In this document: in pieces, positions 1-11,772 of the stretch
How positions within the stretch are numbered: position 1 is the stretch's first letter
How the letters are laid out: the number at the start of each line of letters is the position of its first letter
NCBI GenBank assembly: GCA_040954595.2
Contig: CM082587.2
Span: 2,261,000 to 2,324,999, forward strand
Direction: 5' to 3'
From: Balanoglossus misakiensis
Taxonomy: Eukaryota > Animalia > Hemichordata
Length of the DNA stretch: 64,000 bases
Notes under the pieces: generated by a model
Told to the model about the DNA's origin: nothing
Databases searched by the model: none
Seen by the model: only the letters and a program-made list of their open reading frames with translations
Position numbers and translations under genes: made by a program

Positions 1-3000
1 CAAGATTAGATTCAAACACAGTTGTGTGGTTTCTTTGGCATTCTGATGACAAATGCTGCTGCTTTTTATGACTTGTACCCATTGAAGTGGACATACTTGT
101 CTTGAGCACTGGACTGGAAAGTTTCACCTTTTAAGTTTTATTATCGTAATACAGGTCTAGACACTTAAATTGCTCACAAACACAAGACACCTATTGTCTC
201 CATATTGAACATGACTGTGGTCACATAAACTGTGGCATGCATGATATCTTTTAATTAAGAAGAGATCCTACCACTGGCAACCTTTGTAACTGACACACCT
301 TGCAAAATGAATAGTTCCAATGGAAAGGAACAGTTTTGTGTGTTCTATACATGATGTAAGTGTCTAACTCGATCAGGCATACATCAGTCTGTTAACACGC
401 TCACCATGCAGACAATTATAATTTGATTTTATTCATCATATCGTGTGCATACAACCTTCAACAGAAGCCTGTGGCATTGTTTGAACAGAGAAATTCAGCC
501 ACCCAGCTGTAATCAGCTCACCCAGCAAGTGCTGGTATTAACCCTGGACAATCAGAAAAAATAGCTTCACAAAAGATTCTCTGCACCGAGAGTGGTTGAC
601 CAGGCATTGTGATTCAAGTCAATTGCCGCGAGGAGTTCTTTTAGTGTTGTGTACATTCAAGTCAACTGCTTCAACTATGCCAGAGAGCAGAGTTCATCTC
701 GCTGACAATAAATGTTGGAGATTATAAAGGCCAAAAGATCATGTTACTCAACACCAAACTCTCTTTTCCTGTATCACTGGTGTGTCTGATTGCAGGGATT
801 TCCAGGGCTAAAATGTTTGTGTTGTGGTTTCAACATCATTGATTACGCCCACCCCTTTTGTTCATTTACAGTCTATCCTGTCACGCTTCAGTTGTTTCTT
901 TTTTTTAAGGGACATTGTTTGTCAAGAAATTCCTAGAAAAAAAAATTGAGGCTCAGAACAGTTTACTCACAGGGAAATTTGATAAATTCAATCTTTCTGA
1001 AAGTTGTATGCTTTGATGCATATTTGAAGTAATAGTATTTGTAGACCTCAGTGCACTGTATTCAACCAGAAATCCACAGAACAGTCCATTTTACCCCCAA
1101 ACAACGCTTACATAACAAATACCGAAGGATTTACATGACATAGATTCAGCACACATTGCAAGATACAACGCATCCATACAGACCTTAATTCCAGACAGGA
1201 CCACAAACATGTCGTACAAATAGATACAGAATGCAGCAAGCCTTCAAGTCACATTATATAAATCCTAAAGCAGCGAAAGACTTGGTGGAATCTTATGCAT
1301 TTATTCCAGAGTTTGCAGATTTAAATTTTGAAGCAATTACTTAAATTGCAAAAACAACTCAACATTCGTTAAAATTACTGTTGGCTCAATTTGTGGAGTG
1401 ATTTTTTCCCCTTCCCTTCTGCCAAGTTAATTTAAATTGCCTCTCCTGTCCTTGGTTGAACCCAGACAGTCTACAAATTTCATCTTTGGAATTTCTCCAG
1501 TAAAGGTTGTTTGTGTAGATAGCCCTGTCCTAGCAAATCACAAGGTTACTATTTGCAAGGCATATTCCTGACATATGGACACCCTGCTTGAAGTACAACC
1601 AGGATGATTTCTAGAGAGGAATGGCCGTGTTCACAAAGGCCATCAATCTTCTAAGAAAGTATATGTCATTGAAGCAAACGGATGTTAGAATGCTGTGTAC
1701 CTTGTAACAGTTCAGACAGTCTGTTCATTAATCTCTAACACAGAATCTTGTGATGTAGCTGTTGTTTTAATGGGCCCCTCCCTTTATCTGACCGTCTTCC
1801 ATTTCCTCGAACAATTACAGTTTCCTGCCAAACTTTTCAGATGTGGCTCTCATATTTCCTGGTTGTTCTGGTTCTTCCTCTCTCTAATTTACTTGATATT
1901 ACAACTATTGTTTTTTCCTACTCATTACAGACTTGGATGAAATTTAATGAGAGGGGAGGGATAATTGAAATAATAAATGGAATCTAATGTTACTTGGAGA
2001 AATATAAAAACAACTTGAAGGAGCTAGGGAAACGAATGAGGACCACACTTATCTAGGTTTGCTGTACCCCATCAATCAATTCAAAAATGGCCTTCACTCA
2101 GGCAGAGTAAGGTTAAAGTTTAATATAAATCCATATCTCTTGGAGACTGATCCATTTCACTGTACACAAGGTTCATTGAAAACCAGATAGTGTCTGCCTC
2201 CAGTGACCATATGGTGTGTTTCGTGAATTCTATGGGAATATAGCGCGATTGCATGCTTCATGAATGCAACTCACTAAGGATTATACCCACTGTAATCACA
2301 CTTCTACCAGGATTGCGCACTGTTATTTCAAATAAACAGATGAAACAGTGCCTAGACTTGTTTTCTGAGGGTGGCCTGGTCAGGCGCTGTCTGCTTGCAA
2401 TGCAAACAACTGTCCTGAGTGAGTTTTGATATGTCTGTGTGTATATACGTAATGGTGTAGGGATAATCAATTTTCAAGACTCGGCTTCTGATAGGGACGC
2501 TTAAATTGTTTCAAATTATCCACAGTCGCCAAGACAAAGATTACATCAGAAGTCTCCACTACTGTCACTTAAATTCCTTTTGCGAATGGGTGAACATTTC
2601 TGTCTCTGCTTGGCTTTTTGCAACTGTAGAAACATCCATTGTTTGTGGTGTATATTGCTTGTGGGCATACTACATGGTGTTATCGAATGACATGCTTTCA
2701 TGCAGCTATTTTAAAAGCCAGTCATGCACAGCTATATGCAGTCTTCAGTTTTGCATATCATGCATGCACTTCTACTAAGTAAATGTAGAATTCTTTGCCA
2801 TAAGCAACTGTACCATTTCAAAGTTCTGGAATTCAAGCCTTATTGACGGTGTTAACATTTGACTCGGTCGAAGGGAAAAATTTCTGTCACAGTGCCAGCA
2901 GACAGTAATGTACCGTGGTGTTATGGAATCATTGAAATCTGCTTGTTTTCATTCCATTTGGATCAAAGCCCACCGGGTTGTTGTTGAAAAAGTTCATTGA

Positions 3001-3759
3001 AAGTAACTTGCAATCAACTCTGTTTTTAGAGTGTATACATTTCTCAGTGTCATTTAATCTGCACTGTTCAACTCTCAGACTCACTGTCAGTGTGCTGTAT
3101 GATTGACTTTGCAGTACTAGAGTGAATTAATTTGATAGTGATATGATAGCTTGCAATCATGATGAAATTAGAGCAGGTGTTTTGGGAGATAGCATAGTTG
3201 ATGGGTTAGATAAACTTTAAGGCCATCATTAAAAAATCTTTTGTTTCACACAGTTCAAGCTGTTGAAAAAATGAGCGGTTTCTGAGCAAACTTCAGCTTT
3301 CTTTCAGATTAATATTTCAATAGAAAACAGGCTTTCTATCACATAAAAATTCAATATTGGCAACTTAGTATTAAAAAGTAAAAGTAACTTTTTTTTCTGT
3401 CTAGTAATATATTACTTCTGCTTGACCTGATTTGATCGCACATCTATTCTTCGCCGAGTGAAATACTTGCCTAGACATACTTACACACACACTGAGTATT
3501 GTAAACAAAGTTGGCATACCGTCCATTCTTTGTGGACGTACTTTGTCCATTCACAAGTACAGACAGCTTGCCAGGTCTCGTGTGGCATTATTTCTTTCTA
3601 TGGCAGCTATAAATTGAGGAAAAGCCTTAGGGTTCACATCTGACTCATCCTGTCTACACAAAAAATTCAAATTGATCGCCATCTTCATGAATATTTATAG
3701 CATTTAATTCCTTGGACTACGACAACCCACTGACTGTTATTTCTTTCTATTCCTCGCAG

Positions 3760-3796
3760 ATCCCCACTCCAGTCACCAGGTGCAAGATATGAAACG
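3760..3796 (+). CDS. BCAR3: Probable upstream 37-nt coding exon of the BCAR3-like gene (xSPLQSPGARYET)
   Basis: Strong acceptor 'ttatttctttctattcctcgcag' and donor 'ACG|gtaagt'. Open in the frame that joins at phase 0 to the exon at 6855. Confidence 0.6.
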
Positions 3797-6700
3797 GTAA
3801 GTGAAAAAACCACCATTTTTCTCCCGTCCCCCTTTTATCTGGATGCAAACATTGATGTGATACCAATGATTATCATTCAAGTTGTTCCAGCAGATGTTCA
3901 TATAGCTGTCTGACCTTTTTATTCGGTTTACGTCAAATGGGACTAAGGTTCCGATCTGGTTACACATTTTCTAATGCAAAGATAAAAGTACCCTGCAGCC
4001 AAACAGCACAGACTTAAAAAGTCCCTCGCAAAATCAACCCTACCAAGTTATGACATGCGACTGAAGTAAACCAGAAAACACAATTTTATTCTGTCACTGG
4101 AGGCAGCATCCATGGTTTGTGAATTATTTAGCAGCTTTGATACTTGGTATTAGGTTTTTACTCTCTCAACGTGTTTTAGAATTTGAGCTAATCATCCTCA
4201 GGGCCTTGAACCTAAAAGATAAGGATTAACTCCCAACCAGAAAGTAATCATAATGGTTAGGAAAGTGCTCTTAAAGCTTGACAATTATCTGGTCCAAACA
4301 TGATGAAATAGAGTCTAGTCTATACTACTATCCAGGGCAAGTATCAATTCAACCATAATCTCAAACTAGTTGAAAGAATGCAGAAGATATATATGGGCCA
4401 AGACAGCGTAACATAAATTCTGCTGGCTGTATTACAGTACAACTAAGTCATGCCAGAGCTTTGACAAATTTGCTTTTGATCAATTGACTTTCTCATACAA
4501 GTGTGAAAATTAGCACTCTCATATGAGGGATGTATGCATATGATTCTGTATATGACAGCTTGTAATAATTTACAGTCAGATTCGGTGAGTGTGTGTGATC
4601 TGTTTTTACAAAGCAGAATGGCACACCCATCACATCTGTTGTCTCACTTATGAAAAAATAATAGAGGAAAGATCAGGGGATTGGCCTGCACTTAAAATAA
4701 AGACAGTGTCAAAATAAGAATTATTGATTTAATCGGATATCTTGGAGCACATCGAAAAGTGCAGCACTGTAAATTGCAGAAATTAACATTTGGTTTGAAA
4801 TTCAGTGCATGTTACATCAGAGGCCTGCGGGGGATGTTGCCTATTACATTTTGTTCATGGAAATCAAATCTTGTATACTGTGAATTAAAGGTCTTGGGGC
4901 ACCGTGGCTCTGAGAAGTCAACCTCGCCAATCTTATATGTGTGTAGTCTACTGAAAGCCATCAAATATCAAATGGAGTGTGGGGGTGACAGTGAATGATG
5001 TAAGGGCAAGAGGGGAGTGTAATAAAGCAAATTTTATGGCTGTGATATTGAAGAAGGAGAAGGTCACATGGTCATGGGGAGGAAGTAAGATGATATTTTT
5101 GTGTAATTATTTTGTAGTAACATGGGTTAAATTTTTGTCAGGCTGTGAATCAACGTATTTAGCAGTATAAGGTCAGTTTCTTGTTGGCCAAATCTATCAG
5201 CAAGTTGCTACATACTGGCTGCACTTTATCATATCATTGATGTGTTGAATTAAAGAAGAATGCATCATTGATATAAACAGTCAGCCTGCAAGTTTCTCAA
5301 GTCATCATCTTTCCATAGGAATTCAGAACCATGTCAAAATAGCTGCTATCATATGTACTACTGAAACATCTTCCTTGGCGTTTATTACATTATTACAACT
5401 GTCCACAACAATCTTAAAGGAGTATCTTTGGCTGAGATTTGTAAGTTGGGAATTGTAAGGTGAACAACCCTGAATTAAATTAGAAATATTCCACCTCAAA
5501 TCTCTGTGCGCAGATTAACACTGTGACACTGTGAGTGAGGTGGGAATATTCTGTTACTCTTATACAAGCCACAGAGTTCTCATAATTCGGCTTGCATAAA
5601 ATTCATAGTAGGATCCATTAAACCTTTAAAGTTTTATCGTTGTAGTAAACTTTCTAGTCGAAGCTGTGTCTTAAATTAGAAAACTTTCTTGGCATCCTTT
5701 GTCATATTCCTGATATTCACGATGGCATTTCGGCGTTTAGGGAATTCTGAAACTGTGAAAAATGATACTAGGGTATAGCTATTGCTTTGGATGTGACTTC
5801 TGGACAATACTCGGAAGTTGTTGATTCTCTGGTAAAGTATATTAGAATATCAAGTATCAGCATGGTTATGGTATGAATCATTGGTTGGTGCAAAATCACG
5901 TTCATCATCTTGATTAAGTATTTCAAAGTAATTCATATCATTATAGCTATGAGTCATGCATGTACGATATCTCAGACTCCTCTTGTCAGTTCAAGAGGCT
6001 CAGTATCTTGTTTCCCCTCTGAGTTTCTATGTTTTATTTCCAAATCTTTGCTCACTGAGACGTGAAGGACATGTCAAGTCTATTTTGTGACAACACTAAG
6101 TGCACTGAGGATTTTACTGATAACGCGAAAATATAACCCAAGCTGGACTATATATCCCTGATGTTTGGCAGAGTCCTAACTATAAACCAGGCAAATGGGA
6201 TGTTATCAGCTGCCCTATTGCCTATAATAAAACATTTATCGGAGCCGAATTAACTTGCATCTCTGATAGAGCAACTTCTCATAAATAACGTCATTGCAAA
6301 GGAATGGTTTCAGTAATAATTCATGTCAAGTGTTGAAATGGCATGTGAAGGGGGAAGAGAATGCGAGCTTACAATTGTAAGCATGGAGGCTATTTTCTTT
6401 GTTTGTATAAACTTTGAACTGCAGTACCTCCCCGGTCCCTAATTAGTCTAAGCAATTTATTAGGACTGAAGACAGCAGAATAATGAGAACTGGTAAACTA
6501 GACTGTTCAGGATATGTATTTCTGGTTTCATAATTTTATAACCATAAATCGCTGTTTGCTAGTCAACTTGTACAATTGTCAGATTTGTAGGATTTAAAAA
6601 ACCCAGCTGCAAGTGATCACGTCATATTTACAGTCTGTTCACAGTATGATATATGCTATCCTGGAAATTGAATCTTGTTACTTTATTCAGCTGTGTCAGC

Positions 6701-6854
6701 CGTGGCCCATTATAGAAATAGATCAAGATCTCTTAGTGTTTCCTTATGTCTCAGTGATTAAGATAATCAAGGATCGACTGTGAAATATAGCCTATGATAT
6801 CGATGTACTCTGGAACCATTTAATAAAGTACCCGCATTTCCATGTCTCACACAG

Positions 6855-8165
6855 GTAAACCTGCATTTGGAACCGCCCAGAGACGTTTCTCCGGAGAAAA
6901 TGAAAAAAGACCTCGAAATGGAACTAAAATTGGAAAACGATGACATTCGCAGCCATGCTTGGTTCCACGGCTGCATCAGCAGGGACATTGCAGAGAGACT
7001 GCTGAGGGAACCTGGAGATTTTGTGGTCAGGGATTGTATCTCACAGCCTGGGGATTACGTACTGACAATGAAGTGGAATTCTCATGTGTTACACTTTATC
7101 ATCAATCGGGTTGTTCTCAATCCGGATACCACCACTGCCAGGGTTCAGTACCAGTTTGAGAAGGAGAGTTTTGACAGTATTCCGGCCCTGATAAGGTATT
7201 ATGTTGGGAATAAGAAACCTATTTCGCAGTCGTCGCAAGCGGTTATTTCAAGACCGATTAACAGGACGTTGCCACTGAGCTACACTGATGCAAAGTATGC
7301 CTTGACTCCGGCTCAGATTCAAATGCTTTCTGGCTCCCCAGGGGGTAGCGCACCTAGCAGCCCCCGTGCATCGCGCCACCAGCGATCTGGCAGCCAGCCG
7401 ACAGTCCTACAAGGTCCCAATTTCATGAACAAAATGATGGAGCGCTCTGAAAGCCAGCCTCACATTCAACAAGCTATTCCGGGAAACAGAGTTACGAACT
7501 CAGTGAAGGAAAGTGTTGGCTCGATGACAAGATACGGCAGCGAGCCTCTTCTGAGTCCAAAATCAGAGAGGAGATCCTTCAGCAATGACTTCCCACCCTT
7601 GCAACAAGGCTACGGCTCGGACAGTGAACTGAGCGTCAAGCAGGCGCCACCCCCAAAACCAAGCAGAGTGTCCTCCATGTTGATTCAAGATTCGACTCCC
7701 CAAGTGTCAGAAAACAGAAATGGCGGGGAAAGTCCATCTGAGGATTACTCGGAACTTGACCAGCAAGAACCCATGCCTATACGGTATTCGGTTCTGCACG
7801 ATCAGCAACAGGATGATGTCATCGATGACAAGCTCATCACACCAGCTTTCAAACCGAAGTTGCGAGGCAGAAAGTTTTCGGACACCAGGAACTCTCTCCT
7901 GGACTCCAGAGACTATGGTTACCACACGTTTTATCCAGTTTCCTCGGAAACCATCACAGAGGTCACCTCTGATGTGGAGACGAGAGAATTCTTCGCTCCG
8001 AAAATTGAGACAGAATCTCTTTTCAAACCGACCACCTTCAGGAGTAGTTTGTTGAGTCAGGAGAATAGGCCTCTAGAGGGTGCTGCTGTCATCCAAGCAA
8101 AGGCGAGATTAAGTCATGCAGACACCATGAACATTGCAAAATACATCACAAGTGAAGATTTGAAG
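6855..8165 (+). CDS. BCAR3: BCAR3-like exon: SH2 domain, linker and start of the GEF-like domain
   Basis: cag|GTA AAC ... TTG AAG|gtgag; 1311 nt open frame. Confidence 0.93.
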
Positions 8166-9501
8166 GTGAGAATCTCTTATAGCGAGGATTGTTTTTAGAC
8201 TTGGTTTAAGCCTGTGAAGAAAATTGTTTTTAATGTCCTGTGTTGATAAAATGATTACGATATTGTCTTTTAGAAGAACATTTTTGCAATGTTTCTGACT
8301 GCATTTTAGTCTTAAATCCCTAATGTGGACAAGGGGCTAGAAAATAATGTTCTTCTTGAGTTAGTTGAGTGCACCGCGCCCTCATTGTTCTAATTTGACG
8401 CATACTTTTGTTTTTCCCAGGTAAGCAGAATATTGTCTGAAAAACATGGCAACATTTCAGGATTGGAGCTCCTAACACTGCCACAGGGGACAATTTTAAG
8501 ACAAGATTTACTTGAGAGGTAGGTCAGATCTTCTAATCTCCCAAAAGTTCTTATTGATTGATATGAGTTCATGACAACTGACAAATGAATTCAACCTGGA
8601 CATATTCATTGTCATTTCTGAGATTTTGTGTCTTCTTTTCTACCAGGTATAATTGCTTAAAGTTCTGGGTGAGCATCACCATTCTGACGTGTCTTGACAC
8701 TGGAGAGAGAGTACGTCTTCTTATGAAATGGATACAGACAGCGGAAATGTTGAAATCCACCATGGGTAATCTGTATGGCTTCAGTGCTGTCATGGACGGA
8801 CTTTGCAGCTCACAGGTAATGTCCTATTCAGTCAGAAGGATCATTATTTGACAAGACATGTTTTCAGTATGAATAGACAAATCTGGTTTCTGAACGTTTT
8901 GTTCTAAATGAGGATTTTTTGCAAGTAATGACTGGCATGATTTTCATGAATTTAGAAGGTACAGTATAGTGATAACAATCTTTCACATGCTGTTTGATTT
9001 CAGATTAGTAATTTGAAGTTGACGTGGGACATGCTGAGACAATCACACACCCACATGGCCATCATGTTTGAAACCAGACTGCGACAAGCCTACAAGAGTC
9101 TCAACAACGGTGACAGCTCCAGCGTACCGGTCACCAGAACCAGCATCCCAAACATCGTACCGCTGCTGCATTTACTGGAACGCGACTGGTCGTCTGCGGA
9201 TAATGAAGAGGAGTTGTGGGAAACGGGAGCTGAGGACTATGGCCTCGCTGCTATGCTAGCGCATCTTGATGCAGCACGTTGCTATGCACAGGAGAGCAAT
9301 CTGTACAAAGTGACCGCCGAGTCCAAGATGAAAGGGCTGTCTGTACAGGAAGAGCTGATGGACTGCTTTAGAACAGAATTTCATTTACGCATCTTGTGGG
9401 GATTCAAAGGCTCAGAAGACAGCAAGGAGGAGAGATACTCCAAGTTCAACAAGATTTTAACCGCTATGACAGACAGAATAGAACCTCTGCAAACACTCTA
9501 G
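6855..9501 (+). CDS. BCAR3: BCAR3/SH2D3C (NSP family) adaptor: SH2 + Pro/Ser-rich linker + CDC25-like GEF-fold domain; spliced, 5' end incomplete. Exons 6855-8165, 8421-8518, 8647-8815, 9004-9501
   Basis: SH2 'AWFHGCISRDIAERLLREPGDFVVRDC...VQYQFEKESFDSIPALIRYYVGNKKPISQSSQAVISRPINRTLPL' and C-terminus 'FRTEFHLRILWGFKG...ERYSKFNKILTAMTDRIEP' closely resemble vertebrate BCAR3. All three introns are GT-AG and phase-consistent. Confidence 0.93.
8421..8518 (+). CDS. BCAR3: BCAR3-like exon (VSRILSEKHGNISGLELLTLPQGTILRQDLLER)
   Basis: NSP-family 'SGLELLTLPxG..LRxDLLER' motif; tttttcccag| and AG|gtaggt. Confidence 0.92.
8647..8815 (+). CDS. BCAR3: BCAR3-like exon (YNCLKFWV...MGNLYGFSAVMDGLCSSQ)
   Basis: CDC25-like 'KWIQTAEMLKSTMGNLYGFSAVM' motif; phase-consistent splice sites. 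Confidence 0.92.
9004..9501 (+). CDS. BCAR3: BCAR3-like terminal coding exon
   Basis: tttcag|ATT AGT AAT TTG ... CTC TAG; conserved C-terminus. Confidence 0.93.
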   Translation: MSNLKLTWDMLRQSHTHMAIMFETRLRQAYKSLNNGDSSSVPVTRTSIPNIVPLLHLLERDWSSADNEEELWETGAEDYGLAAMLAHLDAARCYAQESNLYKVTAESKMKGLSVQEELMDCFRTEFHLRILWGFKGSEDSKEERYSKFNKILTAMTDRIEPLQTL

Positions 9502-10115
9502 TACACAATAAATGTAGAATAGATTATTGTTAAAGGGACTGAACATTATTTATTGCAGGGGAGGGGTGGTTAATTAGGATCTGCTATCCAATCATACAGC
9601 ACAGACAGACATGATCAATCACATGCTACCCTAAATGAAATTGGGAAGGTGTGTGGTCAAATTCCTCCAAGGCTAAGCATGCTAGGGGGGACTATCTTTT
9701 GGCCCAATATGCTTTATATTGACGATTAAAATGTACAAATTTACATAATTATGAAGCTCTGCCATTGCATGCAAGGACAATGGAAAGCCTGATATTATCA
9801 TTATTGTATGATGTATGTGTATATTAAAAATTTAATGGTGCTGCTGTGAATTATGCAATATAGAAAACTTTCCTAGCATAAGAACTACAGTGGATAAAGC
9901 TGGTGAAATACGAACCAAAACGAAGGAAGTTTTGTTTTGTTTCCATGATATACCTTGCTGCAAGAGCAAGTTGTATGATTATTACATCACATAGTTTGTC
10001 TGCAACTACTCTTCAACTGTACAATTTTATTTACCTGTATTTATTTTCAGAAGTGAAATTGCTTTAACAGCCCAAATTACATATTTGCTATGCTTTGATT
10101 TTGTTTTGTACTTTA

Positions 10116-10121
10116 ATTAAA
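10116..10121 (+). terminator. Candidate polyadenylation signal (ATTAAA) of the BCAR3-like gene
   Basis: ATTAAA followed by T/GT-rich downstream sequence; a proximal AATAAA is also present at 9507-9512. Confidence 0.35.
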
Positions 10122-11304
10122 GACTTCTGTCTGTATCTTCACCACCCTCCTAATTACCTTTCCAATGTTTCTTTTCAAAACTGTAAACTGTTTTTTCACA
10201 TGTGTGTATTTTTGTTTCTTGTGTGAGATTTTCTGTGTATGATTTTTTCATAGAATGTACTTTTCTGCCTGACAATCCTAGCTCCATGACAATCCAAGTT
10301 GGTATGGGCTGGGATAAATTGAGCAAGTTAATGCCCCTGTCTACAGGGTATGCCATTCACACCCACAAGCAAATGGAATAGCCTTCATGTGTGGCAACCA
10401 ATAACAGCTTCTCATGGAGTATCATTATGGGATATAGATTCTTTCTCATGCTTTAGATTATTTCTACCAGAAATTGCAAGGAATTTTAGCAAACCTTGAC
10501 GGTATGAACTGTAGATAGAACAATCTTCCTATACAATGTACATTTAGGTGAAAGGATTATGTGAAAAATAAAAGCAAAGAAACTTCAACTAAGTATTACT
10601 GATTGTCTACTTTCAATACCACTTTTAGCAATTGCATTATTCTTTATCAATATCCACATACAGTGTATATTTGGCCTGACTGGAATCTCAAGCAAAATAC
10701 ATGTGCTGTATGACAGTGCAAGTGATGTAATGACCTTTCTTGCCTCACTGCAAATAACTGTCAGCCTTCTGTACCCTGCTGCCTTACATCTACAACTTTG
10801 CATATTCATTAACACTTACCTTTGTTCTATTTTAACACCCTACTCCTCTACACCTGGTCCAGGACACATTTTTTTACTCAGAGTATCCCATGATTCTCTG
10901 CCTTTTCTGTTCATTCCACTCTTGGATTGGTGAAAGAGACTACATGTTTTCGAAAGCTCGTGCTTTAGTACCTTACCTGTCATGAATTTTTTCCCAACTT
11001 TTCAATATACATTGTACTATTACTAAGTTTGTTAGCTGTATATGATTGTAACGCGTGTCTGCTAATGCACCAGTCAACCTTAGCAGCACCTGCTACAATC
11101 ATATAAGTTAAAGTCAAAGTTATAGTACTTACCATGCACATATAAGAAACGTCAACTTCTCCTGTACTCTGTAATCTGTCAAATGTTCCTGGCCTGTATT
11201 GCTGTGGTCCCAGAAAGCAAAAGTCATTTCCTGCTCCCTTTTTCAGTCATGGATAGCTAGATGTGTTAGTGCATACTACACATGAACACTTTTCAGTTTT
11301 CTTG

Positions 11305-11497
11305 GGCACAATATTTCCATAAAATACTAAACACTTTTGATTTTTCCCTAAATTCGAGAAACACGCGTTCATGATTCTTCTGTCTGTCCTTGGTTCTTGT
11401 GGCACAATATTTCCATAAAATACTAAACACTTTTGATTTTTCCCTAAATTCGAGAAAACACGCGTTCGTGATTCTTCTGTCTGTCCTTGGTTCTTGT
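11305..11497. repeat. Tandem duplication, 2 copies of 96/97 bp
   Basis: 11305-11400 and 11401-11497 both read ggcacaatatttccataaaatactaaacac...gtccttggttcttgt, differing by about one indel and one substitution. Confidence 0.95.
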
Positions 11498-11766
11498 GCA
11501 TCCAGGAGCGCAATATACTAAACAGGTCAAGTTTTTCGGGGTCCTACATCTTGCAGCAGACGACGTGACCTCAAAGCCGCCATATTGGAAATGTTCACCT
11601 CAAATGAGGTCATATGATATGCGCCCTCTACCGAGAATACTGCTGTCAACTTTCATTTCTATGGAAATCACATTCACATGCAGTTAGAATGCCGAAAAAT
11701 AGCCAAAGACTGGAGAGTTTACATAAATAAAACACACAGACAGATATTCTGAATATTTAACTTGGG

Positions 11767-11772
11767 TTTAAT
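11767..11772 (-). terminator. Candidate distal polyadenylation signal (ATTAAA) of the FNBP1L-like gene, implying a ~3.5-kb 3'UTR
   Basis: Minus-strand ATTAAA followed by GT-rich 'ctgtctgtgtgttttattt'; the minus strand between here and the stop at 15236 is T-rich. Confidence 0.4.

Noticed and set aside
11305-11497. Direct repeats as a CRISPR array
   Set aside because: Only two abutting copies, no spacers, eukaryotic context, no cas genes.
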